Shown: positions 18,736 through 28,895 of the stretch, one piece after another
Numbering within the stretch: the stretch's first letter is position 1
Layout of the letters: every line of letters starts with the position of its first letter
Source of the DNA: Deltaproteobacteria bacterium TL4
GTDB lineage: Bacteria > SAR324 > NAC60-12
Direction of reading: 5' to 3'
NCBI GenBank assembly: GCA_051382335.1
Contig: JBBCAX010000237.1
Coordinates: forward strand, 1 to 53,477
Length of the DNA stretch: 53,477 bases
Program-made: the position numbers and the translations under genes
The notes under the pieces: model-generated
Told to the model about the DNA's origin: nothing
Database searches by the model: none
Seen by the model: the letters and a program-made list of their open reading frames with translations, nothing else

Positions 18736-19914
18736 TTAAGAAAGTTGAACGTTGGCGTTTGCCACAAGCACTCTTCCAAAACCATCTTTGGCAGACTGAG
18801 AGCCTTCCTGACAAAGAGTTTTTCCCCAAAGCGTCTCCGCAATATTTTGGGATTCTTCCGGATGGTTAACTTCCAGCAGGAAAACGGCGCCAGGTCTCAC
18901 CATTTTCCTCATGGCCTTGGGTTTATTACTCGGGTAATCCCACCCACTGATCCCATCCCACCCTTGAATAACGGCAGATCTCAGGCGAATCTGAAGAGAT
19001 GAACCAGGAAGAACAACCCATTCAATGGAATCTTTCTGGAGGTCAGGTTTTAGCCAGGCAGGACACCAGTCTCCAAAATCTCCGTGCGTTTGAAGCACTA
19101 ATTTCAGAAAGGGTTTATTGGAAAATTGATTGGGACAGCCTGGAAATTTTATCTCTGTGGGTTCCAGGTTCGCTTGTTTACGTTCGCCTCCCAGATAGAC
19201 ATTCCCCTGGAGTTTATCGGTCTCTCCCTGTACTGAAAGATAAATGAAAAGATCGCATGAACAATTTTGATGTTTTGGAGCATTTGGGGGAGTGCTTCGG
19301 GTTTTCAGATAAAATCCTGAATTTTTATAAAGGGCTCCCTGTTGGGTGATTCGAGAGTGAGCGTCTAACGCATTGTGAAATCGTTCGCTTGGGATGGGAG
19401 GCGTTACCCCAAAATGCTCAAAGGCCATTTCGCCTTCCTCCGTATGATTCAGGTAATACTTCTCGTAATAAGCCCAATGAAGGAACGCAGGATGATGTTT
19501 GGAAGGTTTATCCCTGGTATTGGAGAAGGGAATCAGCCATTCCCGGTTTCTGAGGTCGGTACCCTGAGTCGGCGGCAGTTTTTGGTATTGAAGAAGGGAT
19601 GTTTTTAACTTTCCAGTGGCTCCGTCATTGAACACGACATCTGCAGGAATCTGTACCAGGGGGAGCGGTTCCTTGTCCATCCCCAGATAGGGCTGGATGG
19701 CATTTAAGGTAATTTCTTGTTTTAAGGACTCTGCATTTTTGCTATTACGGAAATAATCCTGATCCCTTGAAAGACCGACTTTGGTTCTCACCATTCCAGC
19801 CAGGGTGTGGGGTAACGGCCATAACAGGGAATTTCCGCCAAACATCCCCTCCTCGCCAAAAGGACGGCCATCCCGAAGAATGATGGATTCATCTGATTTT
19901 AAGAGATAGTTCAT
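18736..19914 (-). CDS. cmr3: Type III-B Cmr3 (Cas5-like)
   Basis: LRDGRPFG; PLPHTLAG; LGGERK; SGWD...PKAMRKMVRPGAVF; DGFG. Confidence 0.92.
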   Translation of the reverse strand: MNYLLKSDESIILRDGRPFGEEGMFGGNSLLWPLPHTLAGMVRTKVGLSRDQDYFRNSKNAESLKQEITLNAIQPYLGMDKEPLPLVQIPADVVFNDGATGKLKTSLLQYQKLPPTQGTDLRNREWLIPFSNTRDKPSKHHPAFLHWAYYEKYYLNHTEEGEMAFEHFGVTPPIPSERFHNALDAHSRITQQGALYKNSGFYLKTRSTPPNAPKHQNCSCDLFIYLSVQGETDKLQGNVYLGGERKQANLEPTEIKFPGCPNQFSNKPFLKLVLQTHGDFGDWCPAWLKPDLQKDSIEWVVLPGSSLQIRLRSAVIQGWDGISGWDYPSNKPKAMRKMVRPGAVFLLEVNHPEESQNIAETLWGKTLCQEGSQSAKDGFGRVLVANANVQLS

Positions 19915-21656
19915 AAGGGACTCCTTGATCCATGTGGGGTTAAATTCAGGATGTCAGCAATCTGCTTGGCCACAATCATTTCCTGAGAGAGTTCACGAAT
20001 GGAGTTACATCCCAAGAGAATATTTTTTAGTGGCTTTTGGAGTTCAATCGATTGCTCATGAGTTTTTTCCTTGTGTCGCAAGGTTCTCAATACGAGAGCG
20101 GACGCTGCGTTGGTGGGTGTCAAAATATCATTGTTTTCTTCAAAACGTATAGAGTCTCCTGCGCTGAGCATCGCCTCTCTCAGTTGGTAGCCCAGAGTTC
20201 CAGGCAAGGGATGATTCTCTTCAAGATAGAGTTGAATCATGGTCTGAAGCCGCTTCACAATCCCCTCTTTTCCATCACGTTTCTCCCATTTGCCCCCAAT
20301 GAGTATATCATTCCCGGAGCGTTTGCTTTGAATAATAGCCAAGGCATTTCTGCCCCCCTGGTCTTTCGCTGATTTTTCAGCGTTTCTGGCAAGTTTAAGC
20401 GCATGATCCAGAGGTTCCGAATGATGCACAATCGCCAATCCAATACTCAAGGTCGGAACTCTTTGCGGGTTGAGTTTCAATTCTTGACAGACGTTCTTCA
20501 TCACTTCCTCAAATTTCTGACGAATGGCATCACAACCTTCCAGGGCAGTGTGAACCGGAAGATACGCCATGACATCATCGCCTCCTGAATAAATCAGAGA
20601 CCCCTGAGCCTTTTGGATCAGGTTGCCCACCTCATGAGAGAATTGAGCCAGCGACTGAGAAAAGATTTGATGCCCCTGTTTGTCTTTGATTTCATCAAGA
20701 GCCGGCCCCATTTTGTCTCCATCACCAACAAGGATGCAAGCATATTTTGGGGGTTCTCCAGCCATGTTCTTGTGTCTCAGTTTTTTCAAAATCGCCCAGG
20801 CTTCCCCGGCGGTTCCAGGATCACTCAACTCCAACTTGTTTTCATTTTCCGCATAATAGTTTTCCTGGCTGAAATCACCACCAAAACAGGCTTCAAATTG
20901 TTGCTTCAGAACTTTAGCTTCCGGGTGTTGCTTAATTTTTTCTTCCCAGGGAATTAACGCGATATCCGCCAGATCCTTAAATTTTTGTTTGAACCGTGTT
21001 TTATCGCTTAAAGGGCAAAAGCGTTTGACCAGGCCCAGAGCATCCAGTTTCTCTGATTTTTTCAAGAGACCTGGAACCTCTGAACCTCGCTCAATCACCG
21101 TTTCACGGAGGCCATCCAAGGAGTTTTTGAAGAGTCCTGTTCCATCCCAGGTTGGTTTTTCAAAGGCTCTCAGGTTTTTTCTCGCTGATAAAAGTCGCTC
21201 AACCTGATCTTTGGCCTTGGCATAGTTTTCGTCTTTGAGTTCCACCCAAACGGCATAGAATTCACCAAAATCCTTCATCTGCTGCTGTACCAAGTCCTGA
21301 TTGATTTTAAACTTTCCGATGCTGCTAACCTTCTTCAGTGCCTTGTTTTGATAGTCATCCCGATCTGTTTTCAAGTTTTTTCTGACTTCCGTGACCAAGG
21401 TTTCAGGCACGACAGACTCTGGCAATTCGGCCAAAATCTTGTTGGCGACATTCAGGGCAGAATCAGGTTCCAGATCAGAGTGGTTTTGAGGAGATGGGAA
21501 AATCAATTCCGCGCCCGAATCCCTGAGCGTCCTGGCAACTGTTTTGGAGAGTTGTGAGAGCAGATACGAGCCAAACCAGAGATCTCTCAATTTTCTGGCG
21601 GAGGCAATAAATTCCTGAACCGGACCAATGCTGATCAATAACAGTTTTTTACTCAT
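19911..21656 (-). CDS. cas10: Cas10/Cmr2, HD-less, with cyclase palm motifs intact
   Basis: SIGPVQEFIASARKLRDLWFGSYLLS; GDGDKMG; YSGGDDV; no N-terminal HD domain. Confidence 0.95.
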   Translation of the reverse strand: MSKKLLLISIGPVQEFIASARKLRDLWFGSYLLSQLSKTVARTLRDSGAELIFPSPQNHSDLEPDSALNVANKILAELPESVVPETLVTEVRKNLKTDRDDYQNKALKKVSSIGKFKINQDLVQQQMKDFGEFYAVWVELKDENYAKAKDQVERLLSARKNLRAFEKPTWDGTGLFKNSLDGLRETVIERGSEVPGLLKKSEKLDALGLVKRFCPLSDKTRFKQKFKDLADIALIPWEEKIKQHPEAKVLKQQFEACFGGDFSQENYYAENENKLELSDPGTAGEAWAILKKLRHKNMAGEPPKYACILVGDGDKMGPALDEIKDKQGHQIFSQSLAQFSHEVGNLIQKAQGSLIYSGGDDVMAYLPVHTALEGCDAIRQKFEEVMKNVCQELKLNPQRVPTLSIGLAIVHHSEPLDHALKLARNAEKSAKDQGGRNALAIIQSKRSGNDILIGGKWEKRDGKEGIVKRLQTMIQLYLEENHPLPGTLGYQLREAMLSAGDSIRFEENNDILTPTNAASALVLRTLRHKEKTHEQSIELQKPLKNILLGCNSIRELSQEMIVAKQIADILNLTPHGSRSPL

Positions 21657-22942
21657 TTGACCTCCGTTAATCCGAGATGTGTTGCCAAGGTTTTGTAAAT
21701 GTCCCTGATTCCGCTTAATCGAGCTGGAGTGTTCATGTTCATGATTTTCCCCTGGGTATGGGTTGGAAGCTCGCCTTGGGTTACGGTGTGGGAAGCCTTA
21801 CCATATTTCAACACAAGCGTATCAGGAAACTTTTGTCCGAGAGCCAGACAAATGGAATATCCCTGACTCCTGGAAAGTTTGACGACCTTCAGAATCATGG
21901 GAGAAGGGAGTCTTTCACCCGTTCCAATATTGGGTTCCAAATGAAAGTCACCTGACGGATCCCCTTGTCTATCCATATTTTGGAAACGCGATAAAATGGG
22001 GAGACCAAAAGCGGCGCGAGGAAACCATATTTTATCCGGATGCCGAGGTTTGTGAATGGTGAACTGCTTGGTGATCGACCGAATCGCATCCGGTTCTGGC
22101 CAATAGGAACGTCCTGGCCTATTGCCTTGTCCAGGGGCTCTGTCCTGACGAAATTTTCCATAGTTATCCAATAAGGCATGCCATTTGTTGGCGGGAAGTT
22201 CAGTCCAGGAATTACTGGCGGCAAGATAGAATTTATTGAAGGAGGGATAAGCAGTTGAAATACGGGCATCATTGAGTTCATCCAGAAACTTTTTTATATC
22301 GTGAATGTCCTTGAATTTCTCAAGTAACTCCTTACAGTAAAGAGATCCGGTTCCACGGCGGGTACGAGCTCCAACGCCGCCAAACAGCGTCCATAATTGC
22401 AAAGTTTTGAGGACCTCTGCTTCCTGAGCCTTTGGATAAGTGATCCCCAAATCAAAAGTCAGCTTAATGATAAAAACAATATGATCTCCATTTTTAACCT
22501 TATCCGTGATGGGGAATAAGACATATTTGGGAATCACATCGCCCCTGACCGCATATTTACTTTCCATTTGGGCTTTTTGGCTTTTCTCCACTTTTTGGTT
22601 GATCACCGAAATGGAAACTTTGGATTTTTTTCTATTCGCTTCATCCGAGTCCTTGAATTTACCTCCCCATAGCGTGTTTTCCCGATATAACAAGTGTTTC
22701 ACATCGGTTTCGTGTTGCATGGTTCGCCACCAGAAGCGCAACTGCCCTTTGATCGACTGGGATCTGACGGGGGCTTTTTCATTGATCTGCCAACTGGTGG
22801 AGTCTCCTCCAAACATAGGCGTAATTAACTCAAACGAGTACGTTTTTGTAATTCTGTCAGAGGTCTCTGGTGAAGATTGGCCTTCCGCAGGTGAAGTTTG
22901 AAATTCCGTGATGGTGTTGGGTATTGAACGGATTCTTCTCAT
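21653..22942 (-). CDS. cmr1: Type III-B Cmr1
   Basis: LITPMFGG; SIKGQLRFWWR; FGGVGARTRRGTGS; PRAAFGLPI. Confidence 0.93.
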   Translation of the reverse strand: MRRIRSIPNTITEFQTSPAEGQSSPETSDRITKTYSFELITPMFGGDSTSWQINEKAPVRSQSIKGQLRFWWRTMQHETDVKHLLYRENTLWGGKFKDSDEANRKKSKVSISVINQKVEKSQKAQMESKYAVRGDVIPKYVLFPITDKVKNGDHIVFIIKLTFDLGITYPKAQEAEVLKTLQLWTLFGGVGARTRRGTGSLYCKELLEKFKDIHDIKKFLDELNDARISTAYPSFNKFYLAASNSWTELPANKWHALLDNYGKFRQDRAPGQGNRPGRSYWPEPDAIRSITKQFTIHKPRHPDKIWFPRAAFGLPILSRFQNMDRQGDPSGDFHLEPNIGTGERLPSPMILKVVKLSRSQGYSICLALGQKFPDTLVLKYGKASHTVTQGELPTHTQGKIMNMNTPARLSGIRDIYKTLATHLGLTEVK

Positions 22943-23051
22943 GGTGTTGTGTCCTCCCATGGATGTGTAAAATACGGAGTTATCCTGTTGTGAATTTCTT
23001 GTTCCCTAACAAGAGCTCGAAGCATTGTCAACAGGCGTTATCAAAAAAAAA

Positions 23052-23318
23052 TCAATGCTCAATAGCTACAAAAAACTGGTTTTCCTTGGGATCAAAGATA
23101 CTCACGCTTTTACAGATATGTGCCAGTTCATGTCCCAGACAAAGAGCCATTCCGGTGGTGACACGGCCATAAATCCGGATGTGTTTTCCGTAAAGTTGGG
23201 GAGCTATCTGCCGTATCTCTTGACGGCATTGCGTGATCAACTCCCCCTGGGTCTTTCCGGCTGGAAGCTCGGTATTGAGTTGTAAGGTAATCTCATCAAT
23301 GGTGTCTAGTGTCAGCAT
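23052..23318 (-). CDS. csx3: Csx3/Crn3-like ring nuclease
   Basis: IYGR...LGHELAH...VSIFDPK...VAIEH fits the Csx3 pattern GR..H..H..(Y/F)DP..H; directly upstream of cmr1. Confidence 0.72.
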   Translation of the reverse strand: MLTLDTIDEITLQLNTELPAGKTQGELITQCRQEIRQIAPQLYGKHIRIYGRVTTGMALCLGHELAHICKSVSIFDPKENQFFVAIEH

Positions 23319-23327
23319 GTTGATTTC

Positions 23328-23729
23328 CTAATTCATCCAGAAGGTTTTAACATTGTACTTTGGAATGGTTTCATCTCGTGTGACCAGGAAAGCATCCAGG
23401 GACTGAGCTTGCGCAATCAGGAGTCGATCAAACGGGTCTTTGTGATGATCTGGAAGGAGAGTCGCTTCAATACTTTCCATAGCGGAAGGAGCTACCACTT
23501 CAAAATCTGAATTTTCTTTCAATTCAACATACCATTGTTTTACACTGCCATTGATCTTCAAACGTTCTTTCTTCACCAGTAATCCGATTTCCCAGAGCGA
23601 AATGGTCGAAACCAGGAGCGAGCCTTGTCTCTCCTGTTCATCCAGAAATTGGAGAAATCTTTCTGAGATTTCGGTTCTGGAATCCCAAAAGACGAGGGCA
23701 TGAGTATCCAGCAAATATTTATTCTTCAT
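23328..23729 (-). CDS. vapC: VapC-family PIN toxin
   Basis: LLDTHAL; STISLWEI; HHKDPFDRLLIAQA; LVTRD. Confidence 0.92.
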   Translation of the reverse strand: MKNKYLLDTHALVFWDSRTEISERFLQFLDEQERQGSLLVSTISLWEIGLLVKKERLKINGSVKQWYVELKENSDFEVVAPSAMESIEATLLPDHHKDPFDRLLIAQAQSLDAFLVTRDETIPKYNVKTFWMN

Positions 23730-23953
23730 AAATATCCTTCAAACACATCCTCCATAGGAGCAAAGGCTTCTTGGGCAGGAACCTTCAACTCAACCTTATG
23801 TTTGCGTTGGTTTCGCCAGTGGGTATCCTGGACAGGGACAAGTTTTACGGTTTCTTTGCCCTTGTGAGTGATCAGAATCACATGCCCCCGTTCCGCCTTC
23901 TCCACATACTCAAACAGATTCTTTCTCAAGGTGCTTATCGTAATCGTTTCCAT
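23726..23953 (-). CDS. Phd/YefM family antitoxin
   Basis: TITISTLRKNL...GHVILITHKGKETVKLVP; ATGA overlap with vapC. Confidence 0.9.
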   Translation of the reverse strand: METITISTLRKNLFEYVEKAERGHVILITHKGKETVKLVPVQDTHWRNQRKHKVELKVPAQEAFAPMEDVFEGYL

Positions 23954-24591
23954 AGGTTTTCCTCAGATTTAGGGCTTTTGGTGTAATACGCTTTTGTATT
24001 TTGAGCGAACCATTCTTTATGCCGTGAACGAATCCTTGGAAAGATTTTCATCATTCGGTAATCAGCCGTCAATAAAATGATCTGATCAGATGGGTGTTCT
24101 TTAGCCAGTTCATTCGCATAAACAATAATAGCTGAATCCATCCCATCCAGTATTTTTTCTTTTTCTTTTGTTGTGTTGTCTTTCCCTGAACGCATCCACT
24201 GAAAAGTTTTATCATCAATGAGATCAAAATCTCTCACAATATCTTGTGCGTCAGGATAGGGCGATAGGCCTTGAGGGAAGAAATAAAATTCATGTTTGGT
24301 CAGAATCACCCTTTCGATTTGCTGAACATAACTTTCCCTTTTAAAGAACCATAGTTTCAGATTTGCCAAATCTTTGGATACATCCATATCCTTGTGAAGA
24401 ATACCTCCTAAAAATTCACACCATACTAAATCTGGCACATAAATCCTATCGGAGGTGTTTTCACAAAAATTACGAATGTGATTATTGACCTCAGGATTGG
24501 GTGTGAATTTTTCATTAGCTTGTTCAACAGAGGGAAGATAGGAGGCAATCCACTGAAAGAGAACATTGGTATCCAGAATATAAATTTTCAC
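23935..24591 (-). CDS. Large PIN-domain protein, predicted active RNase
   Basis: YILDTNV; YVPDLVWCEF; DGMDSAI; LLTADY retain the acidic PIN tetrad; GTGA overlap with the upstream gene. Confidence 0.8.
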   Translation of the reverse strand: MKIYILDTNVLFQWIASYLPSVEQANEKFTPNPEVNNHIRNFCENTSDRIYVPDLVWCEFLGGILHKDMDVSKDLANLKLWFFKRESYVQQIERVILTKHEFYFFPQGLSPYPDAQDIVRDFDLIDDKTFQWMRSGKDNTTKEKEKILDGMDSAIIVYANELAKEHPSDQIILLTADYRMMKIFPRIRSRHKEWFAQNTKAYYTKSPKSEENLWKRLR

Positions 24592-25550
24592 ATTTCCTCC
24601 TGTTGTTCGTTGTTCGCCAAATCTGCTTCATCTAATTCGTAGTCGTCACTTTCCCACTCTTCCAAAACATCCTCAGGCAGAGTGATGTGAATGCGTTTCA
24701 AGGCGTCCATATCAGCAGGGAAGATTTCCTGTTTGCCATACCAGGTGACCGCGTCTTTGAGGGCGTCCGCCAAAGAGGTTTGCCACTGAGGATTCGTAAG
24801 ATCAATCATCCGGAAAGGATGAAGGTTGACGATAGGCAGAATGGAAGTAATGTTTTCATCTTTGGCTTCACAGCCCACAATCACCTGGGGCTTCGGTACG
24901 CTTGAGAAAAGATGTGGTAAGACTTCTTCTACTTCGCTGGAACTGAATTCATTCTGAATTGCCAAAACGATTCCATACTCCTGAAGAACACAGGAATTGG
25001 CATGTTCCAGAGACATCTGAACAATTTGCCATTCTGCACCCAACACACTCAGAATGGTTTCCTGAGCTGGAGCGATGAGGTTCTCCTGTGAACTGACCAC
25101 TAATATTTTGGAAGGGCAGGTTTCCTTACGCAGAGGCGAGGAGGAAGGCGCACGAAATTGAGTGACTTGTTGAATGTGTTTAAGTAGAGACTCAATGCCA
25201 TCTTCTTTTTTATGCACATAAGCGAAGCAATGGGCGTTGGCCGCTTCAAACCAGTCTTTTACAGTGCCAGCTCCACTGAACATGATGACCTTTGTTTGGT
25301 TGTGTAAGGAAACGAACCGTTTTAATACTTTGACACCATCGCCTTCCTGTTCATCAATCAAATGGCTCATATCAATATCCAGCACAAATACATCATAAAA
25401 TTTATGGTAATAGGCTTCAATCGCCTGGCTCATCGTACTCACAAAATCCAGACTGTACCCGGCTTGTTCAATACTTTCACAGGTTCGTTCTATAATATTT
25501 TCACTGGGTTGATCGTCCATAAACAGAACTGAATATTTTTTTTCTGACAT
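24588..25550 (-). CDS. Response regulator: receiver, pseudo-receiver and acidic tail, no DNA-binding domain
   Basis: VLFMDD; FVLDIDM (phosphoacceptor Asp); MFSG; YVHK. The second alpha/beta domain lacks the Asp. Confidence 0.82.
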   Translation of the reverse strand: MSEKKYSVLFMDDQPSENIIERTCESIEQAGYSLDFVSTMSQAIEAYYHKFYDVFVLDIDMSHLIDEQEGDGVKVLKRFVSLHNQTKVIMFSGAGTVKDWFEAANAHCFAYVHKKEDGIESLLKHIQQVTQFRAPSSSPLRKETCPSKILVVSSQENLIAPAQETILSVLGAEWQIVQMSLEHANSCVLQEYGIVLAIQNEFSSSEVEEVLPHLFSSVPKPQVIVGCEAKDENITSILPIVNLHPFRMIDLTNPQWQTSLADALKDAVTWYGKQEIFPADMDALKRIHITLPEDVLEEWESDDYELDEADLANNEQQEEM

Positions 25551-25560
25551 AACCTTCCTT

Positions 25561-26940
25561 TTATAATTGAATTTCAAATTGAGCGCCCTCAAGAGGTTGA
25601 GGTTCGCTGAGAATAAGTTTTCCTTTCAATAACTCTTGAATGGCGGTGCGCGCTTGATATAATCCCAAACCTGTTGATTTTTGAATGCCTTTACTGCTCA
25701 CATAGCGTTCAAAAATACGATCTTTGAGTGTGGGATCAATCCCTCCCGCATTATCGCTCAAGATCAAATGTCGCTGAGCCATATTCAATTCTATCTTAAT
25801 GAGCCTCTGTTCTTTTGGGATTTTCTTACGTTCAAAGGCTTCAATGGAATTTTTGATCAGATTTCCGACCGCCAACAGGAAATAATCCAGGTCGGACTTC
25901 CAAAGAACTGGGGAACCTGTACTATTAATCTGGAATTGTGCCTGAAATTCCAGTGCCATTTTTTCAATTTCATTCTTTGGGTCAAACTCTCTATACTTTG
26001 CCTGTATATTTTGGACAAAACGATGTACTCCCAAGATGTGATGAAGCATCGTTTGAGATTGAGACACCAACTTCCCCGATTCTTCTGTTTTAATCACAAG
26101 TTGACTGAGTTTATCCAAATTTGCCTTCAATCCCGCTAAATCGGTATTTGCGTCATGATGGAATCGGCGAATCTGTTCCTGAACACGCTGACGGTTTTCA
26201 ATGTAGGTTTTTCGGGTTTTTGCAAACTGATCGTTGGGCTGGATTTTTATACATTCATTGACCCAATTCAGAGCTTCCATCTCCCCTTTTTCTCCCCCTG
26301 TGAAATAGGCCAGATCCGAAAGAATATTCATCACCATCGCCCGGGAGTGAAGATAGCTTTCATGGGGTTCCACATTTTCTGAAACTTCCAGATACAAAGT
26401 AGCCAGTTGCTGGGTGTTATCCAAATAGTTCGTGTGTTGAAATGCAATCCGCTCCTGGTTGATCAAATCCATCAAAACCGGCAACACCAAGGGATATCCC
26501 CACTCAGGGAGGGATAGAAATTTTTCTACCCATTGACAGGTCTGTTCCTTCAACGAATCTTGCTTGAACCGGATGAGCAACTCTACCAGGTCTTTCAGCC
26601 GCTCCGGAGGGTCTCTTACATCTTTTGTTACGGACGCAGGCTCCTCGGAATAAGCGATCTTCATCAAATGAATATAGTTTCCAAGAAATGTTTCAAACCG
26701 TAGAAAGTAATCCTGAAATTCAGCTTGTTGTTTCAGCACAGCTCCGGAAGCTGAAGCCGCCATACGATTCTGCAGAATCGCTTTTTGAAAAGACGTCATG
26801 GAGGACTCACGTTCTTTGTAATGCGCCTCAAACCGGGGCAAGGCTTCCAGGTATTTTCCCTTAGTAAACAAATCCTGAATAATTTTCTGATATTCAGGAT
26901 CGTGATGTGTCCATTGTGGCGTTGGATTCGAGTGACTCAT
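25561..26940 (-). CDS. Soluble histidine kinase with helical/TPR-like N-terminus
   Basis: H-box RRFHHD; N-box NLIKNSIEA; DNAGGID; STGLGLY; no TM segment. Confidence 0.85.
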   Translation of the reverse strand: MSHSNPTPQWTHHDPEYQKIIQDLFTKGKYLEALPRFEAHYKERESSMTSFQKAILQNRMAASASGAVLKQQAEFQDYFLRFETFLGNYIHLMKIAYSEEPASVTKDVRDPPERLKDLVELLIRFKQDSLKEQTCQWVEKFLSLPEWGYPLVLPVLMDLINQERIAFQHTNYLDNTQQLATLYLEVSENVEPHESYLHSRAMVMNILSDLAYFTGGEKGEMEALNWVNECIKIQPNDQFAKTRKTYIENRQRVQEQIRRFHHDANTDLAGLKANLDKLSQLVIKTEESGKLVSQSQTMLHHILGVHRFVQNIQAKYREFDPKNEIEKMALEFQAQFQINSTGSPVLWKSDLDYFLLAVGNLIKNSIEAFERKKIPKEQRLIKIELNMAQRHLILSDNAGGIDPTLKDRIFERYVSSKGIQKSTGLGLYQARTAIQELLKGKLILSEPQPLEGAQFEIQL

Positions 26941-28391
26941 GGTTTCTCCTGTTTTTTACGTAGAAAAGGGGCAATGTCAATGACTTCCTTGATGGGAAAA
27001 GAAGGTCTCCAACTTCCTTTGCAAATCCAGTGAATATTCCACTTTCCCGCATTGGGATGCTGGAGCAAGGTCTGAACCGCATACTCCCCGGAATTTCCCA
27101 CCAAAACCAGGGTCTGAAGATTATTCCAATGAGGATCCAGTTCGTGAATCAAAGACTTGGAACCATCCTCCTGATTAGGAAACAATACCACCTGAAGTTT
27201 GTATGAATCCTGTAACATTGTAAAAAAAGGATTCCCCTGAACTGTATTTTTATTATTGTAATTGTTTTTTTGAAAGAAAAACCGTGGAGTCAGGGTGTAT
27301 TGGTATTGAAAGCGGCGATACAATTCCTGAAAATTAAATTGCTCATCACGGGTTGTTAAACCATCTGACCAAACCACCAGAGCCGCTGGCGGCAATTGTT
27401 GATTTTCACGATATTGCCAGGAAGCCCGTTGAGAGTGGTTAGGTGAAGAGGCTTGTTTGTGGGAAGAGGCTTTTGCCTGCTGAGAAGAACGAATCTCCTG
27501 CTTTTTTTCGTCAGACATCAGAAATATTTCAGCCTCAGTCGCGTTTTGGAAGCGTTGACTGGGATCTGGTTGCAGACACATCACCACAAAACGTTCCCAT
27601 TTTTCTGGTAAATCCAAGGCATGAACACGATTTTGCAGATCTAGTGGAAACGGATCATTACCAGGAATCCATTGCTGATATTCTTGCGTGGTCATGAGCA
27701 TCTGCAAGATCAACTTTCCCAGTGCATAAATATCGGTGGCTGGTGACAAGCTCCCCTGAGGATCAAAGCATTCAGGCGCAGAAAACATGGGATTAGGCCG
27801 TAAACAGAGTTTGTTGGGATTGTATCCAATAAACTCTGCCAGGAAGGTTAAGGCATGAACCCCCAGAAAGTAAGGTTGAAAGGTTGTAGGATTCAACACG
27901 ATTTTGGAAAGTGGAAGTTCTTGCAGGATTTTTTTATCAGCATGCAATCCTTTGAATGTTTTAAGGCAAGCAATAACGGTTTTTTTCAGGTTGGACAACT
28001 TATACTCATCCTCTTTTTTCAAGGGATAGAGTTTGCGTCCTTCTGCCTGAGCCAGAATCAAGCCCCGTTCCTGGGAACGCAGGTCATACGCCAGCTCATC
28101 CTGAGTATTGGTAAACTCTATGAGGTCCACAGGTTCCGGCAAAAAAGTATAGTTTCCACACAGAGCCTCCGCCATTCGGTCAAAGGAGGCTCGTAACTCT
28201 CTGATCGCGAAGGCCGTATTTTGTTCAGGCAAATTTTGGTAGTTCAAGGTCATGAGCAAGAGGGAGCGAGGCAACCACTGATCTGCCACTTCCCACATCT
28301 GGTATTGGGGATGAGTGAAAAAGTGTCGCAGAATTTTCCAGCGCTGTTCCCCGCGCTGATCCTGAAGAATGGTATTAGGAGCAAGGTTCAT
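26937..28391 (-). CDS. Pseudokinase fused to a degenerate NYN/LabA-like domain
   Basis: Kinase C-lobe (FSAPE, TDIYALG, CLQPDPSQRF), but HRD/DFG are replaced by ILQEL/FLG. The C-terminal pattern VVWSDG...TLVLVGNSGE...EVIDI resembles NYN. Start at the ATGA overlap (28391). Confidence 0.65.
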   Translation of the reverse strand: MNLAPNTILQDQRGEQRWKILRHFFTHPQYQMWEVADQWLPRSLLLMTLNYQNLPEQNTAFAIRELRASFDRMAEALCGNYTFLPEPVDLIEFTNTQDELAYDLRSQERGLILAQAEGRKLYPLKKEDEYKLSNLKKTVIACLKTFKGLHADKKILQELPLSKIVLNPTTFQPYFLGVHALTFLAEFIGYNPNKLCLRPNPMFSAPECFDPQGSLSPATDIYALGKLILQMLMTTQEYQQWIPGNDPFPLDLQNRVHALDLPEKWERFVVMCLQPDPSQRFQNATEAEIFLMSDEKKQEIRSSQQAKASSHKQASSPNHSQRASWQYRENQQLPPAALVVWSDGLTTRDEQFNFQELYRRFQYQYTLTPRFFFQKNNYNNKNTVQGNPFFTMLQDSYKLQVVLFPNQEDGSKSLIHELDPHWNNLQTLVLVGNSGEYAVQTLLQHPNAGKWNIHWICKGSWRPSFPIKEVIDIAPFLRKKQEKP

Positions 28392-28895
28392 AAGTTCCTT
28401 TGAAATGAAAATATTTGTTTCAACGCTTCTTCCATAGAACCAAACCGCCTGGAAACCTCTGACTGAGTAGCTTTGACAATCCAGTCTTTCCATTCAACAG
28501 GGAAAGCCTTGAGCAGATTGTAATCAAAAATGGCTTCCCCTTGCGGATTGGCTTTGGGCGGTTGTTCTGTCAGGATATGATACAAACTGGCTCCGAGAGA
28601 ATAAACATCGGCGCGGGCATCCAGTTTGGTTGTATCAAATGAAGTTTGGGTAAATTCAGGCGGCTGATAACCTGGTGTTCCGGTACGGGCATATTGTGCG
28701 CTTGTCTGGCCATCAATCCTCACGGCAAATCCTCCAAAATCAATGAGCACAAACTTTTTTTCCCGGGTAAAGATTACATTATCCGGTTTCAGATCCTGAT
28801 AGATGAAGCTGACCTGCTTTCCCTTGTCATTTCGTTCCTCCTGGTGAAATCGCTCCAGCATCCTGCCCACCTGAATCACAAATTGTTTGGTATTC
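28388..28895 (-). pseudogene. Ser/Thr protein kinase, N-lobe lost at a MITE
   Basis: YQDLKPDN; LIDFG; GTPGYQPPE; ADVYSLG. The Gly-loop and VAIK region are absent and the 5' end abuts MITE C. Confidence 0.85.
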
